A stretch of DNA of 64,000 nucleotides, taken from the NCBI GenBank assembly GCA_010093815.1, contig ML996578.1; one strand, written 5' to 3'. This stretch comes from Pseudovirgaria hyperparasitica. Lineage: Eukaryota. The notes below the pieces were generated by a model. The model saw only the letters and a list, made by a program, of their open reading frames with translations. It made no database searches and was not told where the DNA came from. The position numbers and the translations under genes were made by a program. This document shows positions 13,201-26,575 of the stretch, piece after piece. Position 1 is the first letter of the stretch. Each line of letters opens with the position of its first letter.

Positions 13201-14303
13201 TGATGGGAGACGTACCGCAAAATCGTTAAGTCCCATCGGGATCGAGGGTCAGCGTTCTTTCACGAGTCGCGGTATGACGCATGCCAACAAAGCTTCTTTG
13301 AAGCTCACTCGCACCACCTACGCAGCTTGTAACGCCCAGAACGCGCTCGCGTTGATGTTGCTGTCAACAGCAATGCTTCGATAGAACGCACAGATTTTAC
13401 CCATGTCTCTCCTGGGATGTTTCAAGGTTGGTGATAAAATGGCACGCTATCCCTGAGTGGTCATGCAGGACGAATGGACACTAGAAGTCTAGCATTGCGC
13501 TTCCGATCGATTTGACGACGGACGGAGGAATTTTGTGAAGGGTCCGGGACCTTGCAATGGATGGATGGAGTGACTTGACAGATGAGGATATGGCGCCGTC
13601 CTAGACAAAATGAGCTTCTGACCTGCGAAGTTCGAACATGTGCCGACGCTCAGCAGCTAATACCAGGGCAGATGGAGGACATTGATCATCCTTACGTGCT
13701 CGGGAGATGTTACGGATGACGGCAATATGATGGAGCGAATCGCCGGCCTTGCCAGGTACCTATAGTTGTACGTTTAGCAATAGTGTCAGAGTGTCTTTCC
13801 GGCCCTTACGCCTGAGAGAGGATAGGTAAAGTGGAAGAAGAGTAAGCAGTCAGGCGCGCCTCGGCATTTGACTAGTGAAGTGCTCCCAAAGTTGCCATTT
13901 GCTGGATCTACAGAACTGTCCCAAATCGGATGGATGTGCAATCTGCGATGAGTTGATGGGCCGCTCAAGTCGTCAAGCTCTCTGAATGGCTGCTTTGGCT
14001 GCCTTTTCCTTTTCAACCTCCCATCCTCACCCCATACTACCGCATGGGCCCCTTCCCCAGTGCATACTATGTTATGCTAGCTTCTTACAAGCATCGAACG
14101 TAACGATCTTGGGGACTGTGGGGAATCATCAGTCCCAGCCCAGAGGCTCGCATATATAGCATCCACCGCTCCCTCCTCTCGATTCTCATCTATTTCTTTA
14201 ATCCCTCGTCAAACTCATCCGGTCTGCGAGAGAGGCTTGGTTCTTGTAGAGCCATATACGTACTATTTGTATCTTTAGTTCATTCTATCATACTACCACA
14301 ACA

Positions 14304-15290
14304 ATGGCCAGCGCGCAAGAAAACGGCAACACCAGTGCCCATGACCACGCTGCTAATGGCGCACAGGAGCGTAAGCCATACGACTATGGTAAGACTCGTC
14401 ATGTCTACACTCGATGTGGTTGAAAGTGGAACTGAGTGTTGATATGACATTTATAGGCGGCAATCCACTTGCCCACGTGCGCACCGACGGTTCAGTCGCC
14501 CTGCCAGCGTTCGGTGGAGACTTCCAACCTGGTCTCTACAAGCGTAACAGGAAGCTTGCCAACCCAGCTCCTCTGGGTTTGTCCGCCTTCGCCTTGACGA
14601 CCTTTGTTCTGTCGCTTATCAATGTGACCACCCTCAACATCACGGAGCCGAACATTGTGGTCGCCATTGCCTATGGCTATGGCGGCCTTGTTCAACTTCT
14701 CGCTGGTATGTGGGAGGTGGCCTGTGGTAACACCTTCGGTGCTACTGCTTTAGCCTCGTACGGTGGCTTCTGGATTTCGTTCGGCATTATACTCACTCCC
14801 GGCGGCTTTAACATCGTCAACACTCTCGAGGGTGTAACGGAGACAGGCGGAATGGCTATGACTCCCGAGAAATTTACCAACTCGTTCGCGCTCTACCTAT
14901 TCGTAAGTTCCTAACGTTGTTAACAACGAGCGCTCTGTTAACACATCCAAGGGATGGTTCATTTTCACGTTCCTCCTCCTCATCTGCACCCTGAAGTCGA
15001 CCGTGGCCTTCTTCTCGCTCTTCTTCACGCTGGACCTTGCCTTCCTGATGCTTGGTCTCGGATACCTTTACGCTGATGCTGGAACCCCCAAGCAATCACT
15101 CATTACTGCTGGTGGTGCCTTCGGTCTCGCCGCTGCTCTGTTGGCCTGGTACAACGCACTAGCTGGTATTGCAGATAACACCAACAGCTTCTTCGTCATC
15201 CCAGTGGCGCACTTTCCATGGTCCGAAAAGGGCCGTGAGAAGCGCGGCAAGGTCGATAACAGTGCCGAGCGCGCCGCGCAGGACGTATAG
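14304..15290 (+). CDS. GPR1/FUN34/YaaH (AceTr) family acetate transporter, AcpA/Ady2-like
   Basis: Exons about 14304-14388, 14458-14902 and 14952-15290. Signature ANPAPLGLSAF, plus YGGLVQLLAGMWE and NTFGATALASYGGFW. Confidence 0.95.
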
Positions 15291-16089
15291 TCGACTTTGC
15301 GACGTGATGCTTGTTGCCACAATGAAATCGTTGTGCGGACCGGACTACGGAAATGGAAAGAACGCTAATTGTTTAGCGCTTGGCGGGGTACAGCCTAGTG
15401 CTTTCACTATTATTAATTAGTATACATATGCCATTCGCATACTTACCCAAGTTGGCATGGTACCAACTGTCGACGACTGGCAAGCAATGTAGGCGATATT
15501 TGAGTTGAAGTTATGAACATACCCATTAGTTATACGACTGTACGATATCGAGAAGAATACGATCTAATAGTAATGATACACCAGCTTACCAGATATTGTT
15601 TCCATCAATGCTGCGTGCATCTGATTCATTCTCTTCTTACAACTGGGTTTAGTCGGAAGCTCGTAAGTGGAGCATATTGACATACTACGCCGGCGTTCGT
15701 CGGCTAACCCTTTCACCATAATCCAATCAAACGAAAATCAGAACTCTCTTCGAAGCTAATCAATATGCCAATAGAGGATGAGCTTGGTATTTAATTGTCT
15801 TAATTCGAAGCAGAGATTAGGGTTCATACAACCCCATGCATGGTCTAATCAATACATGGCGCACGTACACTATATGACACTCCATAGAATACAAAACGAA
15901 CCCCTGTCGCTATAAGGAGTTCTGTCCCATACCTCCGCACAGGCTCAGCTCCGGGCTTGTTTTAAAACTTGCAGCGAAGAAGTAAGTCTATAGCTAGTGA
16001 TGAATATTGTCACAACGTCAATGAAGCTCTGGACTCCTCTGCACTTTGCCTGACTTGATTAAGTGTAACAGTCAAAACAATCAAGATCA

Positions 16090-16627
16090 CTATTGCTCGC
16101 CGGCATCTTGCACCTTTGTTCGCTCTTCTTCCTCTGGTGTCTTCGTTCGCAGTTGCAACGCGTGTATTCCACCTTCACGCGCCAGTTCGTCTTTGAGCAG
16201 ACTATATATCATGCGGTGTCGAGCGGGTTGCATCTTCGACTTGAAAGCGTCTGATATTATCACCAATCTGTCAGATCGTAAGAGGGAGCTCGAAATAAAT
16301 ATGTTACAATTCACGAGAGAGCTACCGGAAGTGTGTCTATGTGCCGTCAATGCTTGTGTTCCACGGCAAAGGCTGTTCAACAAACCTCTTTTGAGACAAC
16401 CCCTTGCATAGCCTTATGGTGAGAGTGTAGATGCGAGTCGTTATAAATCTCTAGGTTTGTCGGCTTCAACGCTTCTGAGATCTGTCGGTCGTCAGAAAAC
16501 TCTTTACAAACCCATGTACTTATAGACGTGCCTTTGCGCGAATCGCGTCTTCGATTGGAGTTGTAGATGGACCCATATCGGACACAAATCTACGGAAGGC
16601 GCGTCTACTTGCGACTCTGCGAAACAT
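16090..16627 (-). CDS. BolA-family protein (Bol1-like), with predicted mitochondrial presequence
   Basis: Exons 16627-16532 (MFRRVASRRAFRRFVSDMGPSTTPIEDAIRAK), about 16481-16386 (ISEALKPTNLEIYNDSHLHSHH...KE), 16336-16326 (11-nt micro-exon, THFR) and 16267-16090 (LVIISDAF...RHRMIYSLLKDEL...GIHALQLRTKTPEE). Confidence 0.9.
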
Positions 16628-16945
16628 TCAATTGAGTTGTGGACGTTATGTGACGTCCAAGCCGGCTTTGTCTAGCACATGTAATCATCCTGGCTCTGAA
16701 GGTTCCGGAGCGTCATTACGCCAAGGCCGACATTTTGCTTTGCCGAGCATTACAGAAACCTAACAGGGACCAGGACACTCCTGCGTCAATCGAGCTTCAT
16801 TCGCAGCGTCGCTCGTGTGAACACTCAACCGACTTCCAAATTCTCCCCCCATGAGAGACTCTTCCGACTTCGGCAAACCATCGTGGGGCAGGGATCTTAG
16901 GCGCGTCGATTGCCGAAATCTTGGCCCGCATTTGCTTGAGTGGAC

Positions 16946-18947
16946 ATGTTCGTGAGATCCCTTCTTCGCACGTACGCCGCAAGACGTCCTGTGTCCTTGT
17001 CTATACTACATCTCTATCCTCCAGTCATTTCCCGTATGCTGTCCACTTTACCACGAATGCCTATCTTTGAGGCTTTGGCAAAGCACGACCCTACGCACAC
17101 AGCCGTGGTACATTCTATATCACAGCGAAAGTATACATATGGGCAGTTACTCCAAGATGTCTGTAACACTAGACAAAAGCTGGCGGAGAGTCTCAATAGC
17201 GCGGCTTTGGAAGGAGAGAGAGTAGCTTTCTTGATCGAAAATAATTACGATTATGTAGGTGCGCATAATTCTCTACAACCTTCATATGTCCAAGAAGCTA
17301 ATGAAGTAATAGTGAACCTCTTAGCAATATTCAGTAGCAATGCCGTAGCTGTTCCTCTTGCTCCTTCTTTCCCTTCAAGCGAATTGCGATATATTATAGA
17401 TCATTGCGAGGCGCATCTGCTGCTGGCTTCGAGCAAATATCACGAGAAGGCAACAGACGTTGTAAAAGAAGGCCTACAGACTGCGACGCATATCTCTATA
17501 GTCGACAAACTTGTTCCCAATGATAGTCAAGACTATGATGTTAGAATAGAGGACCCCGTTGAGTGTAAAAGTGGAATGATGCTATATACTTCAGGTACAA
17601 CGAATCGCCCGGTATGTTTGACTACAACACAATATGGCAATGACTAACGGCGCTCAAGAAAGGAGTCCTGCTATCCCAGTCCACACTATCAGCCCAGTCT
17701 CTATCGCTTCTCGAAGCTTGGAAATATTCTCCGTCTGATTACCTCCTACACGTCCTTCCATTGCACCATATACATGGAACAGTCAACGCAATCCTAGCCC
17801 CTTTAATGGCAGGTTCGACAATCGAATTCATGTTCCCATTCAATGTAGATGCTGTATGGAAACGTCTTGCAGCGCCATTTCTGGCAAACAAGCAACAAAC
17901 ATGCGACAAGATTACATTTTTCACGGCAGTTCCTACGATTTATGGGCGTCTACTTCAGTCACATCCAAATCTTTCTTCAGAGCTTCAGGAAGCGACTAGA
18001 ATGGCAGTGTCTCCCCAAAATCTCCGACTCAACATCTCCGGATCAGCTGCATTGCCTACACCTATAAAGTCGGCATGGGCTCTCCTAAGCCACGGCAATG
18101 TGCTACTTGAAAGATTTGGAATGACCGAAGTAGGTATGGCGCTGAGCTGCGGACTAGACTTCAAGGATCGTGTAGACGGTAGCGTTGGGTGGCCACTGCC
18201 CTTTGTTGAAGCTCGACTCGTCGATACAGACAACCATCACGTTATCCCGATCGGACAAGAACTTGACGAAGACGGTGCAGAGCGCCATGGAGAAATTCAG
18301 CTCAGAGGCCCGACGGTGTTTCAAGGCTATTGGCAGAATCCCGAAGCTACGGCCAGCGAGTTCGTCAAAGGTGAGGATGGGAAGGGTGCCTGGTTCAAGA
18401 CAGGAGATATAGCTGTGCGACGCCATGTCCACAGTGCAGGACATAGTGAGGCTGTATGGGCAAGGGGGCCCCTGTACTTCATTCAAGGCAGAAAGAGTGC
18501 GGATATCATAAAGAGCGGTGGGGAGAAAGTCAGCGCTCTTGAAGTAGAGCGAGAGATGCTCTCATTGTACGCCTTTGCGGGTCCATATCCAAGATCCTAC
18601 TGACTTGTTTTAGACCTGAAATATCCGAATGCGCCGTTGTGGGAGTACCGTCGAATTCATGGGGCCAAAAAGTAGCTTCAGTTGTAGTCCTCTCAGAGAA
18701 AGGTCTCACGGGAGGCCGCAATGGCAAACCCTGGGGTCCGATGGATCTGAGACGTGCGTTGAGAGAAAGGCTTGCGAACTACAAGATCCCGCAGGAGATG
18801 AAGGTACTCAAGACCATTCCAAGGAACGCCATGGGCAAGAGTAAGTCAATGAGAATGCTTCTAGAATCATTTGCTTACCTACCCCCAGTCAATAAGAAAC
18901 AGCTCGTGCTCGATATTTTTGAAGGTGGCTCTCCTCCTCCTGAGTAG
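16946..18947 (+). CDS. AMP-forming acyl-CoA synthetase, ACSF3/malonyl-CoA synthetase-like
   Basis: Arg-rich N-terminus, YTSGTT..PKG, HVLPLHHIHG, SGSAAL, LERFGMTE, WFKTGD, IIKSGGEKVSALEVE and PRNAMGK. Four introns. Confidence 0.9.
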
Positions 18948-19321
18948 ACACATGATATTCTATCATTTTTATAATAGACGCATTAACTAGACTAGAATGT
19001 ATATCACTCGGTGTCCAAGTTTGTGTGCTTACATCTAAGTGGGGCGCCGCCCGAGTCGTGCCGCTCTCCACGTGGCTGCCCGCCCTGTGGGGCTACCTAA
19101 GCTTGTTCAATTCACGGAATGTGATCGTGTTGATTCCACAAACTCCTTGGAGCGAGGTACAGCTCTCTTGTGCTACCATAGGCTTCCCTCTGCTACCCTG
19201 GACCCGTTCACAACAAAACGGATGCGTCTTGGTACATCGTATAAAGCACACTCCCGCCTCGAATCGATAGCTACCCCTTCTGCAACCCCACCTCCTCATG
19301 TGAGCAAGAATATCAGCAAAC

Positions 19322-20956
19322 ATGGCGAGTAAAACCGTAGGACACATGGACAACAAGCCAGTGATTACCTCTCTCTTGGATACGTCAGTATGAGTTACTC
19401 CTCAACTCAAGCTGCGCTCTAATGTAGCTTCAGGGACCTTTACAAGCTGACTATGCAATGTTGTGTCTTGAAGTACTACAAAGATGTTCGTGAGTACGTC
19501 CGTATCGGCAGAAAGGCACTTCTGACTCAAGTAGACGTCACATATAGTTTCACCAATCGAACACCACATATGAAGCTCAGTCGCGCCGCCTTTGAGTGGC
19601 TACGGAATCAGATCAACCGTATGCACTATTCAATCCGTCACTTCCACACGTGTGTGCTTTTGCTAATGATGTAGAACTTTCCAATCTTGCTATCACGGAC
19701 AAAGAGCTCAGCTTCCTACGCCAGAAATGTGGATTCTTCATGAAGCCCAGTACCGGAAATTACCTCGAGTACTTGAAAAAATTTCGCTTGCGACCTTCTG
19801 AGCAGATCAAAACTTCATTCAACCCCACAGTTACTTCACATAGTACCGATGAGCAAATTGGAGATGTATACATCCATATCGCTGGCTCATGGTGCGATAC
19901 AATACTATACGAGATTCCGCTCCTCGCTTTGATCAGCGAAGCATATTTCAAGTTTTGTGATACAGAATGGAGTCACGATGGTCAGGTCGAGAAAGCAACA
20001 GGTAAGGGCAAGCAACTTCTGGAAGCAGGATGCGTTTTCTCAGAGTTTGGTACGAGAAGACGGAGAGACTACCATACACAAAAACTTGTTATTGAGGGCT
20101 TGTTGGAAGCACAGAAGATTGCATCCGCAAAGGGCTGGAAGGGCGTATTGTCAGGTACCAGCAACGTACATTTTGCTGAGCAGTTTGACTTGAACCCTAT
20201 CGGAACAGTCGCCCATGAATGGTTCATGGGAGTGGCCGCCTTCCATAACGATTATGAGAACGCAACCGAGATGGCTCTGCAACGATGGGTAGGGACATTT
20301 GGTGAGGGCGTACTTGCAGTCGCACTCACGGACACATTTGGAACGCCAGCCTTCTTGAGAGCCTTCACGAAATCAATACAGCCTGTGAATGTCGACCAAA
20401 GCCAGTTTACAAGCACACACAAGGAGCAGCCTGTTGTGACAGAGGATCCAACATCTTCGACTTATGCACAAGTCTTCACTGGCGTTCGTCAAGATTCTGG
20501 CGATCCCCTCGACTTTGTCAAGATGATGCGCATATTCTACGATGAGATAGATATCAAAGACAAGAAGACCATCGTGTTCTCAGACTCATTAAACATAGAG
20601 CTCTGCCTCAAGTACAAAAAGGCAGCCGAAGCGTCTGGGTTCCAGCCTACGTTTGGGGTTGGCACATTCTTAACCAGTAAGATCTTTAATATAAGGGTTT
20701 ACCGTATACTGACTGATGCGGAATAGATGACTTCGAAAACAAAACAGACAAGAACAAGAAATCTGTGCCGCTCAACATTGTCATCAAGATCGCATCAGTG
20801 GAGGGAAGGAATGCTGTGAAGATTAGTGACAACATCGGCAAGAACACAGGTAACCAGGCAGAGGTCGATAGAGTCAAAAGGGTGCTTGGATATGAGGAGA
20901 AAGATTGGTCAGGTGGTGACGAGTCGAAGCGCTGGGGCTCGGAGAGGAAGTCATGA
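19322..20956 (+). CDS. NPT1: Nicotinate phosphoribosyltransferase
   Basis: ITSLLDT|DLYKLTMQ, FSEFGTRRRR, GTSNV, PIGTVAHEW, ALTDTFGT, GVRQDSGDP, FGVGT, PLNIVIK and KISDNIGK. Four introns. Confidence 0.96.
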
Positions 20957-21771
20957 TCGAGATCCGGACCGAGTGCTCCTGCCTTGGACGAACAGTGCAA
21001 TAATGCTGCGTTGGAGCGACAGTGGACTGGAGGAGGTTCGATTGGCTTTGTGCAGGAAGGTACGCGTGGCCACGAGACTACCAACTTGTACCAACTGCCC
21101 TGGGTGGCAGAGATACTCAGCCCGAATGAAGGGTCCATTTGCTCTGATTAATTATTGCGTGTGTGAAGATCGAGCATTGAAATAGACTTTGAGTGCATGA
21201 GCATTCAACGACTCTAGAGAGATTCAGATGCAATATGCGGCGTGCAGAACCCAACCTGTGTTGTCCACCACCTGAGCAATGAGCGATGATGGTACCCAAC
21301 CTGAAGAGTTTCAGGATTATTCATTTTGGGGCCGCAAAGTGCTAAATATGTCTCTTGCTACTGATTAATTAGTGGCGTGCTGCGGAACTCTGACGCCCCC
21401 AAGCTGCCAGCAAGAGCCCCTCTTCCAAGAGACTTGAAGAGGCGAAGCGGCCGATCTCGACACTAAAATTGGATTAGCCCAGGCCCCAGGCGTGCTCAGC
21501 CGCCTGAGTCGGGACGGTACCCTTAAAGCCCCAGCAAGTTGTGCTCAGGATTGCCGCTGGCCTTGGGTTTGCTGACCACACGCTTCAGCTCACAACGCCC
21601 TTTTATCTACCATCACGTCTCGCCTCACAGTTGTCGCTCTACTCTGTTCCCGCTTTGTTATCGTTGTATAGCTCGCTTCATAATCGCAGTCCAAGACTCG
21701 CCCTTGGTCGCAATTTGTGAGTCGTACACCTTTGTTTCACACACAGAGTACAATACACTGCTCGTTTCAAG

Positions 21772-22918
21772 ATGAGTGTAAGCTAGTCCCCAGCCTTGTT
21801 CACCCAACATCTTGACATCGACATACTTCCTCTTCTTGTCAGACACTCGACTAATTCTCAGTTTCGCAGCAATACAACAGAGGATATAATCAAATGGGTG
21901 GTGGTGCCTACAATAACGGAGCAAATCCGTATGCCCAGCAAGACGATTACGATCCGAATGGATACAACGGTGGAGGTTACGGCCGACGTGAGGGTAGCTG
22001 AGACTTGTTCCTTGGGCGACAAGACTAATTCTTATCCGCAGAAGGAGACGTCGAAATGCAACCGTTCAACCAGGGCTATGCCGGCGGCGGCGGCGGCGGT
22101 AGCGATGCCATTTTGAACTCTTGCCGCGACATCGACCGGGAGCTTCAGCAACTGAATGAGCAGCTGGATCAGCTGGATCGCCTGTACAAGCGCGCAGCCA
22201 ATGCTCCTGATCAGTTCGGCCGCGAAATCGACCAGATGAGCTCGACCATTATGAGTGGATACAGAGCTTTGGTGGATCGTGTCAAGAAGATCAAGTCTCA
22301 ACCTGAATCTCAAACTGCAAGGAATTCCGGTCAGGTTGGACGTATAGACCGCAGCCTCAAGCAAACGATCCAAAGGTATCAGAGCATGGAGAGAGAGTAC
22401 AGAAGGGATATGCAGCAACAGGCAGAGCGACAGTATCGCATCGTAAAGCCTGATGCTTCTCCGGAGGAAATCCGAGAAGCGACTGAGAATCCAGAGGCAC
22501 CAATCTTCCAACAAGCAGTATGTTATTCCGGCCTTCGTCAATGCCTGTAACCCTCTATTGACATTTCACCTAGCTTATGCAGTCTGACCGCCGCGGCCAA
22601 GCCACATCAGTCTTAAATAACGTCCGAGCCCGACATGAGGAGATCCAGAAGATCGAGCGACAGATGACAGAACTCGCAGAACTGTTTCAGGATCTTGACC
22701 GAATTGTTATGGAGCAAGATGAAGTGATCCATAATATCGAAACGAAAGCTGAAGAGACTGGCACCAACGTTGTTGCAGCCAATGAGCAAATCGATACGGC
22801 GATCGATCTCGCGAAAGCTCGGCAACGGAAGAAGTGGTGGTGTGTGCTTATCGTAGTTCTCATCATTATCGCCATTGCCATCATCATTGGTGTCGTCGTT
22901 GCCGTTCTCAAGAAGTAA
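21772..22918 (+). CDS. SSO1: Plasma-membrane syntaxin (t-SNARE), Sso1/2-like
   Basis: Short first exon (ATG AGT), G/Y/N-rich N-terminus and Habc region (RQYRIVKPDAS). SNARE motif RHEEIQKIERQMTELAELFQD, then a C-terminal TM after ARQRKKWW. Confidence 0.93.
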
Positions 22919-23384
22919 TTATACCGACACATCCCGTATACGTCGACTTGTAGAAACCTCTACAGCGTCAGTTTCACCAATAACTTGCTCGTTGAAGCAT
23001 GTCGGATCTACTACTCCCACTCTCTCGGTAAAAGCTCAAGCATTTGTGGCGTCTTCTCTTCTCTTCCAGTAGCAATGGATTACTCCTTTTCATTAGTACC
23101 GCTTATTTCATATGTTCTGATGTCGAAGGATACGATATTCGTAATACGCGTCTAAACGCTTGACCCCGGCTTGGCATATCACCAGCTTGGTATCTCCCAT
23201 GGGTTCTGGAGAGATCAATGAGAATGTATCTATCCAAATTGTGGAGACATGATTATTTTGAAGACTTTTGCGCCTGGATTCACTCAGTCATGTGACTGTA
23301 TCCCCGTAAGAGAATATCGTTTTAATAGCCTTTGATGCACCTACCAACGGAGTCGGCATCTCTTTAGGTAGGTTTATTCTCCGG

Positions 23385-23501
23385 CCGAGGAATAAAACCT
23401 GCGACACGGTACACGCATAAGCACCATGGTTGCCATGTTGCCAGTCCATTTGCCGAGTGGTGTGTTCAGAGGTCGAAGCCGCCAAGAGAGTTGAACCGAG
23501 G
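23385..23501. promoter_or_regulatory. Two CCGAGG (CCTCGG) candidate FarA/Ctf1-type fatty-acid response elements
   Basis: CCGAGG at 23385-23390 and 23496-23501, about 500 and 390 nt upstream of the acyl-CoA dehydrogenase ATG. Confidence 0.45.
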
Positions 23502-23883
23502 CAAGTCTTTCAGCAGTCATGACGTTTGCGGACAAGCATTGTGGAACCCACGGAGGCGCTGTAGCATCACGTTCACTTTCCCCAGACTGCGGTCCTTGAC
23601 AAGCTGGACGTGACGCAGCCAATCGCACATGCCGTAATGTTGAACTTCGGTCTGCACCATTATTAACTCGTCAGCCATAGCTGTCGCTGTCTTGCGCGCA
23701 GTGGCTGTCCAGCCTAGACCGTGGGTTCCCGCATACAACGAAGCCTTCAGGGCTGGCATGTGAAAGTCTGAATAGGCTCGTGAGATCTCTTAAAGCCCCC
23801 CGACGCCTGCACTTCGCGGTCATATACACTCTGTCGCCTCATAGTCTCCCACTCCGTCGTCCATACTCCTCTTTTCCTCCAAA

Positions 23884-25643
23884 ATGTCACAGAGATACTC
23901 AGTCGACGATGTGGCAGGTCACAAGTCTACAGACAGCCTATGGATTATAGTGGATGAAGATGTCTACGATCTCACAAAGTTTCAGGATGAGCATCCTGGA
24001 GGAAAGAAGAGTGAGTTGCAGGCTAGACCGAGAGAAAGGCTCCTTTTCTGATATGCTTCAGTCCTCCAACGAGTTGCTGGCAAGGACGCCTCAAAGCAGT
24101 TCTGGAAATACCATAACGAGGGCATCCTGAAGAAATACCAGAAGACGCTACAAATAGGTTCTTTGAACACCAAGGCTACAGCAGCCCCAGAAAAGCAGGA
24201 AGAGTCCAAGGAGATCGCGCAACCCGTTGCCGAATCCGGCACCGTCAGCGCCGAACCTACAGAGGATGCCGAAGAATCTTTTGAGACACTAGATACGTAC
24301 GGCGACCTAATCCCGTATGCCGATCCCAGCTGGTATCAATCAGTAAGTCGGAATCATCCATATTGGACGTGGTCAGGATCACATAGTAGCTAACCCCAAA
24401 CCTCCAGTATCATTCCGCCTACTACAATCAAACTCACGCCGACCTTCGCGACGAGGTCCGCGCCTGGGTAGAGGAAAAAATCATGCCTAACGTAAACGAA
24501 TGGGAAGAGGCCAAGAAGATACCGGATGAAATCTACAAGCAGATGGGAGACCGAGGCTATCTTGCTGGACTTCTTGGAGGACATTATCGTAGCGACATCA
24601 CGGGAAGATCCGTCAAGTGCGTCCCGCCGAACAAGTGGGATTTCTTCCACGAAGTTGTCATTACAGATGAGATTTCACGTTGCGGTAGTGGTGGTCTAGT
24701 CTGGAATCTCATCGGAGGTTTTGGTATCGGTGGACCGCCGCTTTTTGCCCACGGCAAGCCCGAGCTCATCAAGCGTATTGGTCCTGGTCTTCTCGCCGGT
24801 GACAAGCGCATCTGCTTAGCCATCACAGAACCAGACGCTGGCTCGGATGTCGCTAATCTTGGCTGCGAGGCCAAATTGACGGAAGATGGCAAGCACTTTA
24901 TTGTCAACGGCGAGAAGAAGTGGATCACCAACGGCGTGTACGCCGACTACTTCACAACGGCTGTTCGCACAAGTGAGGGTGGCATGAACGGTTTGTCCAT
25001 GCTTCTAATCGAGCGCGAGCACGGCGGTGTCTCTACGCGCAAGATGGACTGCCAGGGTGTGTGGTCATCCGGCACAACCTACGTGACCTTTGAGGACGTC
25101 AAGGTTCCAGTTGAGAATCTGATTGGCAAAAAAGACCAGGGCTTTAAGGTCATCATGACCAATTTCAACCACGAGCGCATGGGCATAATTATCCAGTGTG
25201 TCCGTTTTTCGCGTGTCTGCTACGAGGAGTCGGTCAAATATGCACATAAACGTGTTACATTTGGCAAGAAGCTCATTGAGCACCCGGTCATCCGCCTCAA
25301 GCTCGCACACATGGCTCGCCAGATTGAAGCGTCTGCCGCGTGGCTTGACAACCTAGTCTTCCAGTGCATGCGAATGGGCGAGATGGAGGCCATGTTAAAA
25401 CTTGGTGGTGCGATTGCTGGCGCCAAAGCTCAGTCTACCACCACGATGGAGTTCTGCGCGCGTGAGGCATCGCAGATTTTCGGAGGTCTAAGTTACTCGC
25501 GCGGCGGTCAAGGTGCCAAGGTAGAGCGTCTGTACAGAGACGTAAGGGCATATGCTATTCCCGGTGGTTCGGAGGAGATCATGCTTGATCTCAGTATAAG
25601 ACAGGCATTACGGGTACACCAGGCTTTGGGTATGAAGCTATAG
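23884..25643 (+). CDS. Acyl-CoA dehydrogenase with N-terminal cytochrome b5-like heme domain
   Basis: N-terminal WIIVDEDVYDLTKFQDEHPGG...GKDASKQFWKYH (b5). ACAD motifs CLAITEPDAGSDVA, VNGEKKWITNG, FNHER and YRDVRAYAIPGGSEEIM. Two introns. Confidence 0.95.
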
Positions 25644-26575
25644 ATGTAACGATGGAGAAGCGCTGATATTCTTCTATCACTGCGATTGCATGGGACGGAC
25701 ACCCTTAGACCAATGTTTTGTATATTTTCGCCATCTAGGCAGAGTCACTAGACTGTTTGGACTTTCTTCAATGCATACTATACATCTCAATATTCTCGTG
25801 AGAGGGTGGGTGATAACTTCCTACCGAATCAATCCTAGCCAAGTATGTAGCTTCAATTCATCTTCTCTATCACCTTCCTCTATCATCCATAGAACTTCTT
25901 GTAGATTAATGCTGCAGAATTATACATGCTGCTCAATCCCAGCAGCATGGCTTTTCACCTTCATCATGCGGAGCTCGGCTATCAAAGATCCTAGTCGCTC
26001 TTGTGAGTCAGTTTTGTCTTTCCAAAATCGCAATACGTTACACGTTACACGCTCTACCTCCACTCAGAGCTCATGCATCCAACACGCACCAGCCGTCCCA
26101 AGATCTACTCGCTCGCTCTGCGACCAAGATCAACACCATACTCCCGACTCAGCTCATTCGTCATGAAAAGATAACCAGTCTTGATCATCCGCGAACCGTT
26201 CACTTAAGCTTCAAGGCGGGGGTGCTTAAATCCAGACTACCGATCAACGGTACACTAAAGTCTTCCTTTTGAACGCACCCAGGGAGAAGCCTCATGCAAG
26301 ATACCGGCGCGCTGATTCGCCCGCTTACCATGTTTTTAAGACACTTCTCAGTCGTAGGACACAGTTGGGATCTCGTCACCCGACTCGTTGCCCATGTCGT
26401 GCATTGGTATATAGTCGTGCGCGACGCCATTGCTGCGATATTGCAGCAGGCGTTCGCCAGCGAGTATCTACCTTTGTCCAGATGTCTGTCACGTAGCCAG
26501 CTCCTCGGGGTGTTCTATCAATTTTCAAACGAAGAGTTTGATTTCACTATTGATAGTTTTCAAGAACAAGTACCA

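Noticed and set aside
15439..15470. ATACTTACCC followed by a small hairpin, resembling the U1 snRNA 5' end
   Set aside because: Mismatch to ACTTACCT, no loop II ATTGCAC or Sm site seen, and it lies in the 3' flank of the acetate transporter.
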